From Candidatus Woesearchaeota archaeon (lineage in GTDB: Archaea; Nanobdellota; Nanobdellia; Woesearchaeales; SKIA01), in the NCBI GenBank assembly GCA_046704725.1, contig JBJKRI010000004.1:1-64000 (forward strand): a stretch of DNA of 64,000 nucleotides, read 5' to 3'. The position numbers were made by a program, and so were the translations under genes. Numbering within the stretch: position 1 is the stretch's first letter; every line of letters begins with the position of its first letter. The notes beneath the pieces are model-generated. The model was not told where the DNA came from and searched no databases. It saw only the letters and a list, made by a program, of their open reading frames with translations. This document shows, piece after piece, positions 31,087-40,493 of this stretch.

Positions 31087-32511
31087 TCAATAGCTCTTCG
31101 CGAACAAGAAGGTACCGATGGCCTTCTCTCCGGACTCGAAGCACGCGCCCTTGCCATCGAGAACGCCGTTCAGGCTCTTCGCGCCGGTCGCGCCCTTGAT
31201 ACGCTCCTCGGAATCGGGAGCGCCCGACCACGCCGCACGGCCCACCTTGCCGTCAGCGATGGCCTTCTTGAGCTCGTCGAGAGAAGACACATCCACAATG
31301 CAAGAGGACAAGCGCTTCCTCTGCTTCTCCAGCAGAGAAGACTGCATCTCCGACAACAGCGCCGCGACCCGAGCCTTGACATCGGCGAGCTTGACCTGCT
31401 CTTTCGCGCTGGTATCGCGGCGGACAAGCGTCGCCACACCCGCTACCAAGTCCTTGGGACCGAGCTCGACGCGCACGGGAACGCCCTTGAGCTCCCACTC
31501 ATGGAACTTGAAGCCGGGCGAGTAGCCCTCACGGTCATCGAGCCTCCAGCCATTCTCAGAAGCGAGCTTCCGCGCGGCATCCAAGACCTTGGCGGACTCC
31601 TCGGGCTTCTTGGTGAAGACGATAGGGACGACGACGACAGGGATCGGCGCGACAGCAGGCGGCAATACCAAGCCCTTGTCGTCGCCGAGCACGCCGATCA
31701 TCACGCCGATGCTCCGCGTGGAAAAACCCCAGCTGTTCTGCCAGACGTATTGGCGCTTCTCGTCGGCATCGAGGAACGTGATATCGAACGCCTTGGAGAA
31801 ATGCTGGCCGAGCATGTGGCTCGTCGCCCCCTGGATGGCCTTGCCGTTCGGGAACAACGTCTCGATGGACAAGGTCTGCTGCGCGCCGGCGAACTTCTCC
31901 CTCTCGGACTTCACACCGTCCCACATGGGGACGCACAATAACTCCTCGAAAGCCCGTTTGTACACGGACAGGATATGCCAGGCCTCCTCGCGCGCGGACT
32001 CCTCGGTCGCGTGCGCGGTATGGCCCTCCTGCCACAAGAACTCCCTGGTGCGCAGGAACGGCACAGGATGCTTGAACTCCCAACGCACCACGTTCACCCA
32101 CTGGTTGATGAGCAAGGGCAGGTCGCGGTGCGAGCGGATCCACTTGGCGTAGGACTCGTACATGATCGTCTCGGACGTTGGCCGGATCGCCAAGCGCTCC
32201 GGCAGCTTCGAATTGCCGCCCTGCGTGACCCAAGCCACCTCGGGAGCGAAACCCTCGACGTGCTCTTGCTCCTTGCTCAACAGGTGCTCGGGGATGAGCA
32301 GCGGGAAATAGGCGTTCTGCACTCCGCGCTTCTTGAACTCTCCGTCCAGGAAGGCCTGGAGCTTCTCCCAGACGGCGAACGCGTAGGGACGGATGACCAT
32401 GCAGCCGGACACGGAGGAGTAATCGATGAGCTCGGCCTTCTGGATGACCTGGGTGTACCATTCGGAAAAATCCTCGTCCTTCTTGACGGTCACGCCGAGC
32501 TCTTGTGCCAT
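31087..32511 (-). CDS. proS: Prolyl-tRNA synthetase (archaeal/eukaryotic type)
   Basis: FSEWYTQV, RPTSET, RTREFLWQEGHT, ends AKSY. Confidence 0.96.
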   Translation of the reverse strand: MAQELGVTVKKDEDFSEWYTQVIQKAELIDYSSVSGCMVIRPYAFAVWEKLQAFLDGEFKKRGVQNAYFPLLIPEHLLSKEQEHVEGFAPEVAWVTQGGNSKLPERLAIRPTSETIMYESYAKWIRSHRDLPLLINQWVNVVRWEFKHPVPFLRTREFLWQEGHTAHATEESAREEAWHILSVYKRAFEELLCVPMWDGVKSEREKFAGAQQTLSIETLFPNGKAIQGATSHMLGQHFSKAFDITFLDADEKRQYVWQNSWGFSTRSIGVMIGVLGDDKGLVLPPAVAPIPVVVVPIVFTKKPEESAKVLDAARKLASENGWRLDDREGYSPGFKFHEWELKGVPVRVELGPKDLVAGVATLVRRDTSAKEQVKLADVKARVAALLSEMQSSLLEKQRKRLSSCIVDVSSLDELKKAIADGKVGRAAWSGAPDSEERIKGATGAKSLNGVLDGKGACFESGEKAIGTFLFAKSY

Positions 32512-32533
32512 ACAGGCCGAGGGGCACCGGAGC

Positions 32534-33175
32534 TTATAAAGGTTTATCGGGGAACGACACCGTATCGGCGACGAGCACGCCCTTATCGAGCCTGACGGGA
32601 CGCCAATCATCCTGCACGAGCCGCGCATCGAGCCACGCCGCCAACTCCTCCGGATTACCAATAGTTGCGGATAACGCGATGAGCTGTGGCTTGATGAGCC
32701 GGCGCAGCATGGTGATGAGGATCTCCAATGTCGGGCCGCGGCCCGGATCGTTGAGGAGGTGGATCTCGTCTACGATGACGACACCGACGCGCGACAGCCA
32801 CGGCGCGTGATGACGCAACAAGGAATCGAGCTTCTCGGCCGTCGCGATGATGCAATCAAACTCGGAGAGACGAGAATCCGTGCTGTCGAAATCACTCACG
32901 GACAACGCCGTGCGGAAATCATGCCCCCTCCGGAAATCACGGTGCTTCTCGCTGCCGAGCGCCTTGAGCGGCACGATATACAATGCTTTTTTCTTCTGCG
33001 ACACTGCACGCCTGATAGCGAGCTCGGCGATCAAGGTCTTGCCGGAAGCGGTGGGCGTGCACACGAGGAGCGACTCGCCATCGAGCAGGCCGGCGTCGAG
33101 GGCCTTTTTCTGGGCGGGACGCAGCTGTCTGATGCCGCGCTCAGCGAGGAACCCGGAGACCTCCTTGGGAAGCAT
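32534..33175 (-). CDS. Ski2/Hel308-like helicase, N-terminal RecA1 domain only
   Basis: Q motif LRPAQ, PTASGKT, DEIH, SAT, WRPV, then stop at 213 aa. Confidence 0.8.
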   Translation of the reverse strand: MLPKEVSGFLAERGIRQLRPAQKKALDAGLLDGESLLVCTPTASGKTLIAELAIRRAVSQKKKALYIVPLKALGSEKHRDFRRGHDFRTALSVSDFDSTDSRLSEFDCIIATAEKLDSLLRHHAPWLSRVGVVIVDEIHLLNDPGRGPTLEILITMLRRLIKPQLIALSATIGNPEELAAWLDARLVQDDWRPVRLDKGVLVADTVSFPDKPL

Positions 33176-35417
33176 TCTTGGACGGACGGCGACGCCCTAT
33201 AAGAACCTTCGCGGCGAGAAAGACGATGACCGCCGAGAGCAGCCACGCCCACCACGTCGAGCCGGAGACATGCACGGTGACGGGAACGGCTCCCGCAACG
33301 GCGTGCGCGGAGTTGTCAGAGCCGGTGAGGCTCGCCGTGATGACGCCCTTGTAGGTGCCGGACGGCAAGGTGATATTGCCGCTGTAGGCCCCGTCGGCAT
33401 AGGCGAGCGGGAAGCGGTACTGGCCGAAGACCGCGTTCACGGTCGCTTGCGGGATGCAGCCGTACGTGCTGCTCGAGGGGACTGCAAGGCCGTTCGCGCG
33501 AGAACGCACCTTCGCGCTGAGCACGAACGTCCCGTGCACCGTGCCGGGAGCCTTCACGTCGTACACGTCGAGACCGGGCTGCTGGGTCAGGGCGTAGATC
33601 TCGCCGAAGACCCGCGACAAGGAGGACTTGTCGCTGTTCGAGAAATAGAAATTACCGCAATCGTTCTTCGCGCGCGACTCACCGGCCATGCTCGCGAGCA
33701 AGTCAGTGGCGTTCACTCCCTGGTCGCCATAGCCGATAGTGTACAAGCACGCGTCGCCGAGCGCGCTATCGACCGCCTTGATGATCGCGGGCTTCCCGCC
33801 CGGATCGTATGGAGCGCCGTCGGACAAGAAGATGATGAGCGCCTTGCGGGTGCTACCAGAGAGCCTGACCTGGCTGCCGGCAAGCTTCAATGCGTTGATG
33901 TAGAAGGTCGAGCCGTCGCTCGTGATGGAATTCACCCCCGCGATGAGCGAGGGGAAGTCGGAGGTCAACGGGCGCACGATGAGCGCGTCATCGGAGAAGA
34001 CGATGAGCGAGGCACGGTCACCGGACTCGAGGACATGCAACAAGCCGTCAGCGGCCGCTTTGGCGTTCGCCAAGGGGGCTCCGGACATGCTTCCCGAGCG
34101 GTCGATCACCAAGACGAGATCGACAGGATCGTGATGGCTCGTGTTATCGTTGCGGAACGTTCCGGTGAAATCCGCGTTGGGATCGTGGTAGGAATAGTCG
34201 CCCGGAGAGAATGTGTGCGTCCAGGACTGTCCCGGCTGCAGCACAGGGGAGGACCACGAGCCGTCGGTCGCCTCGACGGAATGCGGATGAGTGTCGGCAT
34301 TGTGCCAGGTCACCACGCCCTCTGTGCTCACGCTCTGCGGCGAGAAGCCCTTGGGCCCGATCTCGACCTCGACGTACTTGTTGTTGTTCAGCAATGGCTG
34401 GAGCTTCGACCACGGGACCTGGCAGGCCTGCGAGGGACCCGCGGACACCGTCACGTTGCCCGAACGCTCGCCTGTGAACAGGCACGCGCCCCCGCACTCT
34501 TCTTCGGCGGAGATGTAGTACGTGTATTGCCCTGCGGGAAGGCTCTGGTTGAAGGACAAGGCCGTCCCTGAACGCTTGGCGACGACCCGCTTGCCCTGCA
34601 GCACGGTGAACGTGAGCGTAGGGGAGAAGCACGTATCGGCCAGGGATGCGTTGTTGATGGCGCTAGACAAGGAAGTGTTGATCCGCACTCCCTGGTCGCC
34701 CGAGACGTTCGCCGCCACATCGATGACCTGCTCGGAGGACACGCGCGAATAGATGCTCGAGAAGATATGCTGGAGATCGAAATCGTTCTCTCCCGCGCGG
34801 AAGTACTGCCCGCAGCCAGTCTCCTGCTGGGAGATGGAAGCCATGCGCTGCAGGATCTGCTGGGCATCGGCCTCCGCGGAGGCGGCGTAGGCGATCGTGA
34901 AGATGCAGGTCCCTTGCTTGCCGAGCTGCGAGACCAGGTTGAACAGCGCCGTCTGGTTATCGTCTGGCTTGCCGTCGGACAAGAAGACGATGATGCGACG
35001 GTTTGCGCCCGTCAAGGACTGCGCCTTGCGCAACCCCGCGCTGTACTGGGTGAAATCACCGACCTGGATATCGTTTATTGCGGTGTGCAACTGCTGCTTG
35101 TCAGCGGTGAGGGCGGAGAAGACCTCTGCGTGGCTGTCGAAAGCGATGACCGCCGCGCGGTCACCGCGTGTGAGCGCGTCAACGAGGTCGTTGGCCGCGG
35201 TCTTGGCGCGATCGAGCTTGCTGCCGCGCATGCTCCCGGAGCGGTCGAGCACGAGGACATAATCCTTCGCGCCCTGCTGCGCGATGGTGGCGTTCGTGCC
35301 GTACGTAAGCAGGTGCGCCGCCTGCGGCTCGGTGCAGACCGCGCCTACGGCGAGCAAAGAGACTGCCAACAAGACGAGCACCGCGGCTCTCCTCACCTCT
35401 CTACCGCCGCACGGCAT
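33141..35417 (-). CDS. Surface protein: vWA - cupredoxin-like - vWA, C-terminal TM
   Basis: Two DRSGSM MIDAS motifs each with FLSDG; plastocyanin-like FSP..V...VTWHN.D..PHSV. Confidence 0.85.
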   Translation of the reverse strand: MPCGGREVRRAAVLVLLAVSLLAVGAVCTEPQAAHLLTYGTNATIAQQGAKDYVLVLDRSGSMRGSKLDRAKTAANDLVDALTRGDRAAVIAFDSHAEVFSALTADKQQLHTAINDIQVGDFTQYSAGLRKAQSLTGANRRIIVFLSDGKPDDNQTALFNLVSQLGKQGTCIFTIAYAASAEADAQQILQRMASISQQETGCGQYFRAGENDFDLQHIFSSIYSRVSSEQVIDVAANVSGDQGVRINTSLSSAINNASLADTCFSPTLTFTVLQGKRVVAKRSGTALSFNQSLPAGQYTYYISAEEECGGACLFTGERSGNVTVSAGPSQACQVPWSKLQPLLNNNKYVEVEIGPKGFSPQSVSTEGVVTWHNADTHPHSVEATDGSWSSPVLQPGQSWTHTFSPGDYSYHDPNADFTGTFRNDNTSHHDPVDLVLVIDRSGSMSGAPLANAKAAADGLLHVLESGDRASLIVFSDDALIVRPLTSDFPSLIAGVNSITSDGSTFYINALKLAGSQVRLSGSTRKALIIFLSDGAPYDPGGKPAIIKAVDSALGDACLYTIGYGDQGVNATDLLASMAGESRAKNDCGNFYFSNSDKSSLSRVFGEIYALTQQPGLDVYDVKAPGTVHGTFVLSAKVRSRANGLAVPSSSTYGCIPQATVNAVFGQYRFPLAYADGAYSGNITLPSGTYKGVITASLTGSDNSAHAVAGAVPVTVHVSGSTWWAWLLSAVIVFLAAKVLIGRRRPSKNASQGGLRVPR

Positions 35418-35516
35418 GCCATTCTGCCGGAATGACCATATAAAAAGCTATGCGGCGCGAAATCTTTCCGGAAAACAGGCTGGAGAGCACTAAAAGCCCG
35501 GATACGGAGAGGATCC

Positions 35517-35804
35517 ATGGAGGAACGTACGCTGCTCGTCATCGCTCTTTCCATCGCGGTCATCGGGCTTGCCGCGTTGTTCGTGCTGCCCGACCTGCCG
35601 CCATCGACGGTGGCGGCGCACATCGAATGGACGAACGGCACCGATGCACGAGCGAGCACCGGGACGCTCTACATCACTTTTGCGCAACCAACATCGGTCA
35701 AGAGAGGGGATTGCGTCGTTCTTGAAGGCACGCTCGACGGACAAGACCTGCTCAACGCAAGACTTTCTCCAGCTGGTCCACAAGGGTCCCGTTCCTGTTC
35801 CTGA
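35517..35804 (+). CDS. Small TM-anchored OB-fold-like protein
   Basis: N-terminal TM; VKRGDCVVLEGTL. Confidence 0.5.
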   Translation: MEERTLLVIALSIAVIGLAALFVLPDLPPSTVAAHIEWTNGTDARASTGTLYITFAQPTSVKRGDCVVLEGTLDGQDLLNARLSPAGPQGSRSCS

Positions 35805-36393
35805 TCTCGAACATCAGGGTCGTGATGTTGCTGGGCGGGTCGTTGGGGAAGCCGCCTGTACCGTTGGTCATCACGTAGGTCATGAATTGCTTGCCGCTGC
35901 CGAGGTTCACCGTGTCAGAGACGTCGGCGGTATTGGGGTAGAAGCCCGCCCAATAGACCTTATAGGTGAGTTCTTGAGCATCCTTCAAGCCGTTGGTGAT
36001 ACTGATCTGCACGTTCTGGAGCTTCTGGGAGTTCACTGAATCCGTCGTGACGACCCAGCCCGCGCTGATGCGCCCGGAAAGGAAGGGGTTCGTTGTGGAA
36101 GCGGCCGAAGAGGTGTTGGTGGTCGAGGACGCTGCCTGCGTCGCCGACTGGGTCGCCGCCTGCGCGGTCTTGACGGCCTGCTGCGAAGCGTTGAGCTCCT
36201 TGGTGAGGTTCTTGTTCTGCGCGGTGAGCTGCGAGATCTGCTGCTGGAGCGCGGAGACGTTCACGCTCGACGTGTGCTGGGGGGCCGCGGTGGGGGGCCG
36301 CAAGAAGATGTACAGGCCCAGCGCGATGATGATGAGGATATAGACGGTCCGCTCGAAGGTGTGGGCATTGATACGGATCTGGATGTCGGACAC
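35752..36393 (-). CDS. Membrane-anchored extracellular protein with coiled coil and S/T linker
   Basis: FERTVYILIIIAL TM, QQQISQL coil, beta-rich C-terminus. Confidence 0.65.
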   Translation of the reverse strand: MSDIQIRINAHTFERTVYILIIIALGLYIFLRPPTAAPQHTSSVNVSALQQQISQLTAQNKNLTKELNASQQAVKTAQAATQSATQAASSTTNTSSAASTTNPFLSGRISAGWVVTTDSVNSQKLQNVQISITNGLKDAQELTYKVYWAGFYPNTADVSDTVNLGSGKQFMTYVMTNGTGGFPNDPPSNITTLMFEIRNRNGTLVDQLEKVLR

Positions 36394-36517
36394 TCAGCAG
36401 AGCGCGGCGCGGCATCTTATATGCTTTGCGGCCGAAGCCTCGTAATTCCGGTCGGCGTGGACGCGTTCCGAGAGAGGCGTGGCGTGAGACAAGAACGCGC
36501 GTGGCGCACCCTCACGC

Positions 36518-37681
36518 ATGGAATTACCGGCGATAGCCCTCGGGATCGGCGCAGGCATCGTGACCGGCCTCACGCCGGGCGTGCATGTCAATCTTGTCGC
36601 GACGCTCGCATTGGCCGCCGGGGCGGGAGCCGCTGCAGTGCCTTTTCTTCTGGGACTGGCCGTCACGCACACCTTCTTGGACACCATCCCCGGGGTGCTG
36701 TTGGGAGCGCCGGACGCGGACACCGCGCTCGGCGTCCTGCCGGGGCATCGCTACCTGCTCCGCGGCTGGGGCTACATGGCCGTCAAGCTCACGCTCGTCG
36801 GCTCGCTCCTCGGGCTTGTCGCGGCGACAGCGCTCATCCCGCTCTGGTGGCTCGCCATCCAAGCGTACCCCTATCTCGTGTCCGTCATGGGATACGTCCT
36901 GCTCGTCGTGTCGGCATACCTGATCCTGCGCGACCGGCAAAGGAAATGGGCGGTCGTCGTCTTCGGACTGTCGGCAATCCTCGGCTATCTCCTCCTGAAC
37001 AGGCCATTGCTCACCGACCCGTTATTCCCGCTCTTCAGCGGACTGTTCGGGACGAGCACCTTGCTGTACAGCCTGAAGAGCGACCCCGTCGTGCCGCCGC
37101 AACAGATCGAGACGCGCATCCAAGTACGATGGAAAGACGCTTCACGCGCGATCGGCGCAGGAACCTTCGCCGGATTCCTGACGAGCATGCTCCCCGGCCT
37201 CGGGAGCGCGCAAGCCGCGATCATCGGACAGCGACTGTCCGGACGCGTGGGAGACCACGGCTTTCTCGTATTGCTCGGAGCGGTCAGCACAGTGAACTTC
37301 ACGCTCTCATTGCTCACTTGGCTGGCATTGGACAAGGCACGGAACGGCGCTGTGGTGGCGATGCAACAGCTCACGCTGCCGAGCCTCCTATTGACCGCGC
37401 GACTGTTCGCCGCCGCGCTGCTGGCGGGAGGCATCGCCACATTCCTGGGCATCGCCCTTGCGAGAAAAGCGGTGAGACTCATCAACCGCGTGCCCTACAA
37501 GGGGCTCTCCATCGGTATCGTGGCGCTCATCGTCGCGCTCGTCGGCATATTGACGGGACTGAGGGGATTGCTCGTGCTCACCGTCGCCACAGGTATAGGC
37601 CTTGTGCCAGCGGTCACGCGGACAAGCCGCGCGCAGGCCATGGGCTGCCTGCTCCTACCGGTAGCACTATACTTTCTTTAG
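36518..37681 (+). CDS. Tripartite tricarboxylate transporter TctA-family permease (archaeal type)
   Basis: GLTPGVHVN, THTFLDTIP..LLGAPD.DTAL.VLPGHR, LPGLGSAQA. Confidence 0.85.
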   Translation: MELPAIALGIGAGIVTGLTPGVHVNLVATLALAAGAGAAAVPFLLGLAVTHTFLDTIPGVLLGAPDADTALGVLPGHRYLLRGWGYMAVKLTLVGSLLGLVAATALIPLWWLAIQAYPYLVSVMGYVLLVVSAYLILRDRQRKWAVVVFGLSAILGYLLLNRPLLTDPLFPLFSGLFGTSTLLYSLKSDPVVPPQQIETRIQVRWKDASRAIGAGTFAGFLTSMLPGLGSAQAAIIGQRLSGRVGDHGFLVLLGAVSTVNFTLSLLTWLALDKARNGAVVAMQQLTLPSLLLTARLFAAALLAGGIATFLGIALARKAVRLINRVPYKGLSIGIVALIVALVGILTGLRGLLVLTVATGIGLVPAVTRTSRAQAMGCLLLPVALYFL

Positions 37682-38567
37682 CCGCGATAATCGCGATATC
37701 CTGAGCGGCCCCATCCAGCGGTTTCACGAGGACGTCGACATGACGCGCATTCGTGTATCGCATGGTTGGGGCAAGGGATAACAAGTATTGCATACGTGGT
37801 CCGCCGCCGATGGAGAGCTGCAGGATGTGCTTCGATCGCCAGAACCTCCGGGCGCCCACATAACCAGCGTGATCCGCAGCGATATCGACGAGCCGGTCCG
37901 ACACATTCTCCACTGCAGGCCTTTCAAGGCTTGGGATATCGAACCGTGCGTTGAATCGAGTGCGGAAATCGACGCGCACCTCCTTTGTTCCTGTCGCGAA
38001 AGGAAGCGCAGCGATCCCGCTCCGATCACGATTGGCGAAGGTCCGAAGATCGCCGAGCACGATCAGGTCCGAGTACAGCTCCGCAGAGCTTGTCTCGTAT
38101 GCGCCGCCCGCCGGCGAGAATGTATGCTCGTTCCAAGACGTATCCCGTCGCGACGCGACAGGGTACGCATTCACTGCTGCGCTCTCGTATGCTATCGGCA
38201 CGATCTGCAGATTGTTCTGGCTCACCGCGACCGCTGACGGTCGAGTCTTCCTAGCGATCGCCCCATCCATGGACGCGAGCGAAAATCGCAAGCAAAGTCC
38301 TTTAAGGAAATTCTTGCTGAAAGGCACTACTTGGACCTGCCCGCCGCTGAGGCCAACGGTCATGTAATTGCTGGAACTCCAGAAGCCGAAAGTACTTTGC
38401 TGTCTTGTACGCACGCCGATGTATGGATATCGCTGCGCATCCTCGATGAGGCGCGCGAGGCCGTCTTCGCTATTCGCGTAAAGAGGCCGCTCGCGCGGGA
38501 GCCCCTTCAAGCGCTCCTTGCTGATATCTGCCTCATATGTTCCCTCCGGGGTACGGACCGTGGTCAT
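37614..38567 (-). CDS. Hypothetical protein
   Basis: 317-aa ORF; TTATAT TATA-like box about 25 nt upstream. Confidence 0.55.
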   Translation of the reverse strand: MTTVRTPEGTYEADISKERLKGLPRERPLYANSEDGLARLIEDAQRYPYIGVRTRQQSTFGFWSSSNYMTVGLSGGQVQVVPFSKNFLKGLCLRFSLASMDGAIARKTRPSAVAVSQNNLQIVPIAYESAAVNAYPVASRRDTSWNEHTFSPAGGAYETSSAELYSDLIVLGDLRTFANRDRSGIAALPFATGTKEVRVDFRTRFNARFDIPSLERPAVENVSDRLVDIAADHAGYVGARRFWRSKHILQLSIGGGPRMQYLLSLAPTMRYTNARHVDVLVKPLDGAAQDIAIIAAKESIVLPVGAGSPWPARGLSA

Positions 38568-38654
38568 GAAACCTGCTGCACGGGCGGATACATATAACCA
38601 TTTCGCAATGAGAACGACGGAACGCTTTTAAAGGGATGCGCGTTCCGCACAGAC

Positions 38655-38909
38655 ATGAAAGGCCGTATCCTGCATTTCCGGCAGAACAGGCACTCCACGA
38701 CGGGAAACCAGATGCTCGTCTCAGTCGACGGAGTGGACGACCGCGAGAAAGCGGGAAAGCTCGTCGGAAAGAACGTGACCTACGACACGGGCAAGAACAA
38801 GATCGCGGGCGTCGTGGCAGGAGCGCACGGCAACAGCGGCGTGCTCCGCGTGCGGTTCAACAAGGGCATGCCCGGACAGGCCATCGGCAAGGACTGCGAG
38901 ATTCAGTAG
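38655..38909 (+). CDS. rpl35ae: 50S ribosomal protein L35ae
   Basis: GAHGNSGVLRVRF..GMPGQAIG. Confidence 0.93.
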   Translation: MKGRILHFRQNRHSTTGNQMLVSVDGVDDREKAGKLVGKNVTYDTGKNKIAGVVAGAHGNSGVLRVRFNKGMPGQAIGKDCEIQ

Positions 38910-38910
38910 T

Positions 38911-39333
38911 TCAGCGCGCGTTCTCGAGCTCTGCCGCCTCTTCTTGCCGAACGCGTTCATCAAATTTGTCCTCTTCCTCGAGCCGCTTCTTCAGATCATC
39001 CACAAGACGGTTGAGAGATGCGATGAGCTCATGGTTCGGATTCTCCACGATGATGCGGAAGATGGCTTGGATATGTTTGATATCCTCTTCCTCGGCGCGA
39101 AGAATGTTTTGCAGACCTTTGTTGTGTTTAGACAACCAGATCTCTTTTCGCTCATTACGATCGAGGACGTCCAGTGCCTTATTGATGCTTTCTCGTAGCT
39201 TGACCGCGCTATTGTCCTCTTTGAACCCTTCGATCAGGAAGTCCACATACCTTTTCAGATTCTGGATGGTCAACAAGGTAATCGACTTGATGTGTACGCT
39301 GATTTTCTCGTACCTCTTGAGATCCTCGTCCAT
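38911..39333 (-). CDS. Hypothetical charged helical protein
   Basis: 140 aa, tightly linked to the upstream genes, lower GC. Confidence 0.65.
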   Translation of the reverse strand: MDEDLKRYEKISVHIKSITLLTIQNLKRYVDFLIEGFKEDNSAVKLRESINKALDVLDRNERKEIWLSKHNKGLQNILRAEEEDIKHIQAIFRIIVENPNHELIASLNRLVDDLKKRLEEEDKFDERVRQEEAAELENAR

Positions 39334-39335
39334 TC

Positions 39336-39938
39336 CTATCCTCCGATGAGGTCCGCGGTGGCGGCTCCCATGATAGCAAGGATGCTGACCGCGGCCACGT
39401 TCTTATAGATATCGGCGAACGACATCGTCGGTCCGATGCGACCGAACAAGAAGAGCACGAAAGCGATGACGATGTGCGCGGTCAAGTAGATCGTGAGCAC
39501 GCGCCACGGGATCCACTTATGATGGCGCACCGCCTTGACCTTCCGGAAACCGCTGAAGTAGATGAAGAGAACGAGCAAGACGAAGCTCGTCGCCATCAAC
39601 GCGTTCGCGCGCGCGATGCTCAAGCCGACGGCGATCTCTCCGCCGTAGAAGAAGGCGAAGTGGCCAACGATACCGAAGAACGAGCCGATGATGCCCTTGG
39701 TCACGTCGCGGTACGTGATGCGCGTCAAAGGATGCGGAGCGGTCTCCTTGTTGATCTGCTCCTCGAGCTGCTTGAGCTCCTCGAGGTCGGCGAGCTCTGC
39801 CTCCTCGTCCTTCTCGACCTCCTGCTCCTCATGCGCTTCCTTGGTGAGCTTCTTCTCGAGGCGGGCGATGCGACGCTTCATCGAGCGCACGTCGGACGCG
39901 ACGTCGTCGAGCACCTCTTTCTCGGTCTTGGTTGCCAT
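39336..39938 (-). CDS. Coiled-coil plus 4-TM membrane protein (DUF2391-like)
   Basis: ITYRDVTKGIIGSFFG...GAATADLIG. Confidence 0.65.
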   Translation of the reverse strand: MATKTEKEVLDDVASDVRSMKRRIARLEKKLTKEAHEEQEVEKDEEAELADLEELKQLEEQINKETAPHPLTRITYRDVTKGIIGSFFGIVGHFAFFYGGEIAVGLSIARANALMATSFVLLVLFIYFSGFRKVKAVRHHKWIPWRVLTIYLTAHIVIAFVLFLFGRIGPTMSFADIYKNVAAVSILAIMGAATADLIGG

Positions 39939-39942
39939 GAGT

Positions 39943-40383
39943 TCAGGCGGGATACGTGGTGGTCGCGTTGGTCGCCTGGCCGCCGCCCAGTGCCGCGGGG
40001 ACCATGGGAGTGATGAAGCCCCAGATGTACGGGCTCGCGGCGATCAGCGCGCCGATGACAAAGGCATGGCCGAGCTTCTCGCCCACGCTGTTATGCCCCT
40101 TGACGATGGCCGCCGCGCCCTTCACCTTGATGGTCGCGACAAGGCCGACGACGATGCGCAATCCCAGGTCGACCCAGAAGTTCTGCTGCAGATTGAGACC
40201 GACAAGGCCTGCGGCCCAGCCGAGATTCATAGCAATGAGGGTGAGGATAATCGCGATAGGCAACGTGTGGAAGCCGTGCGAGAGCCAGCCGAGCCCCTGC
40301 TCGTCGGCGTGCACGAAGAAGAGCTCGATGAGGCCGATGACGCCACCCATGATGAGCGCGGGAACGAGCATGAATCCTGCCAT
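39943..40383 (-). CDS. Hypothetical membrane protein
   Basis: GLIELFFVHADEQGLGWLSHGFH, GEKLGH; 4 hydrophobic segments. Confidence 0.7.
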   Translation of the reverse strand: MAGFMLVPALIMGGVIGLIELFFVHADEQGLGWLSHGFHTLPIAIILTLIAMNLGWAAGLVGLNLQQNFWVDLGLRIVVGLVATIKVKGAAAIVKGHNSVGEKLGHAFVIGALIAASPYIWGFITPMVPAALGGGQATNATTTYPA

Positions 40384-40493
40384 GCGTCGTTTCCCGGAAG
40401 ACGCTCCTTATAAAGCTATTCCTGTGTGCGTCACCCTTCACGCGAAGGGAATCTTTAAATACGGTCTTCCGGGGAAAAACGGGCGATACAACC

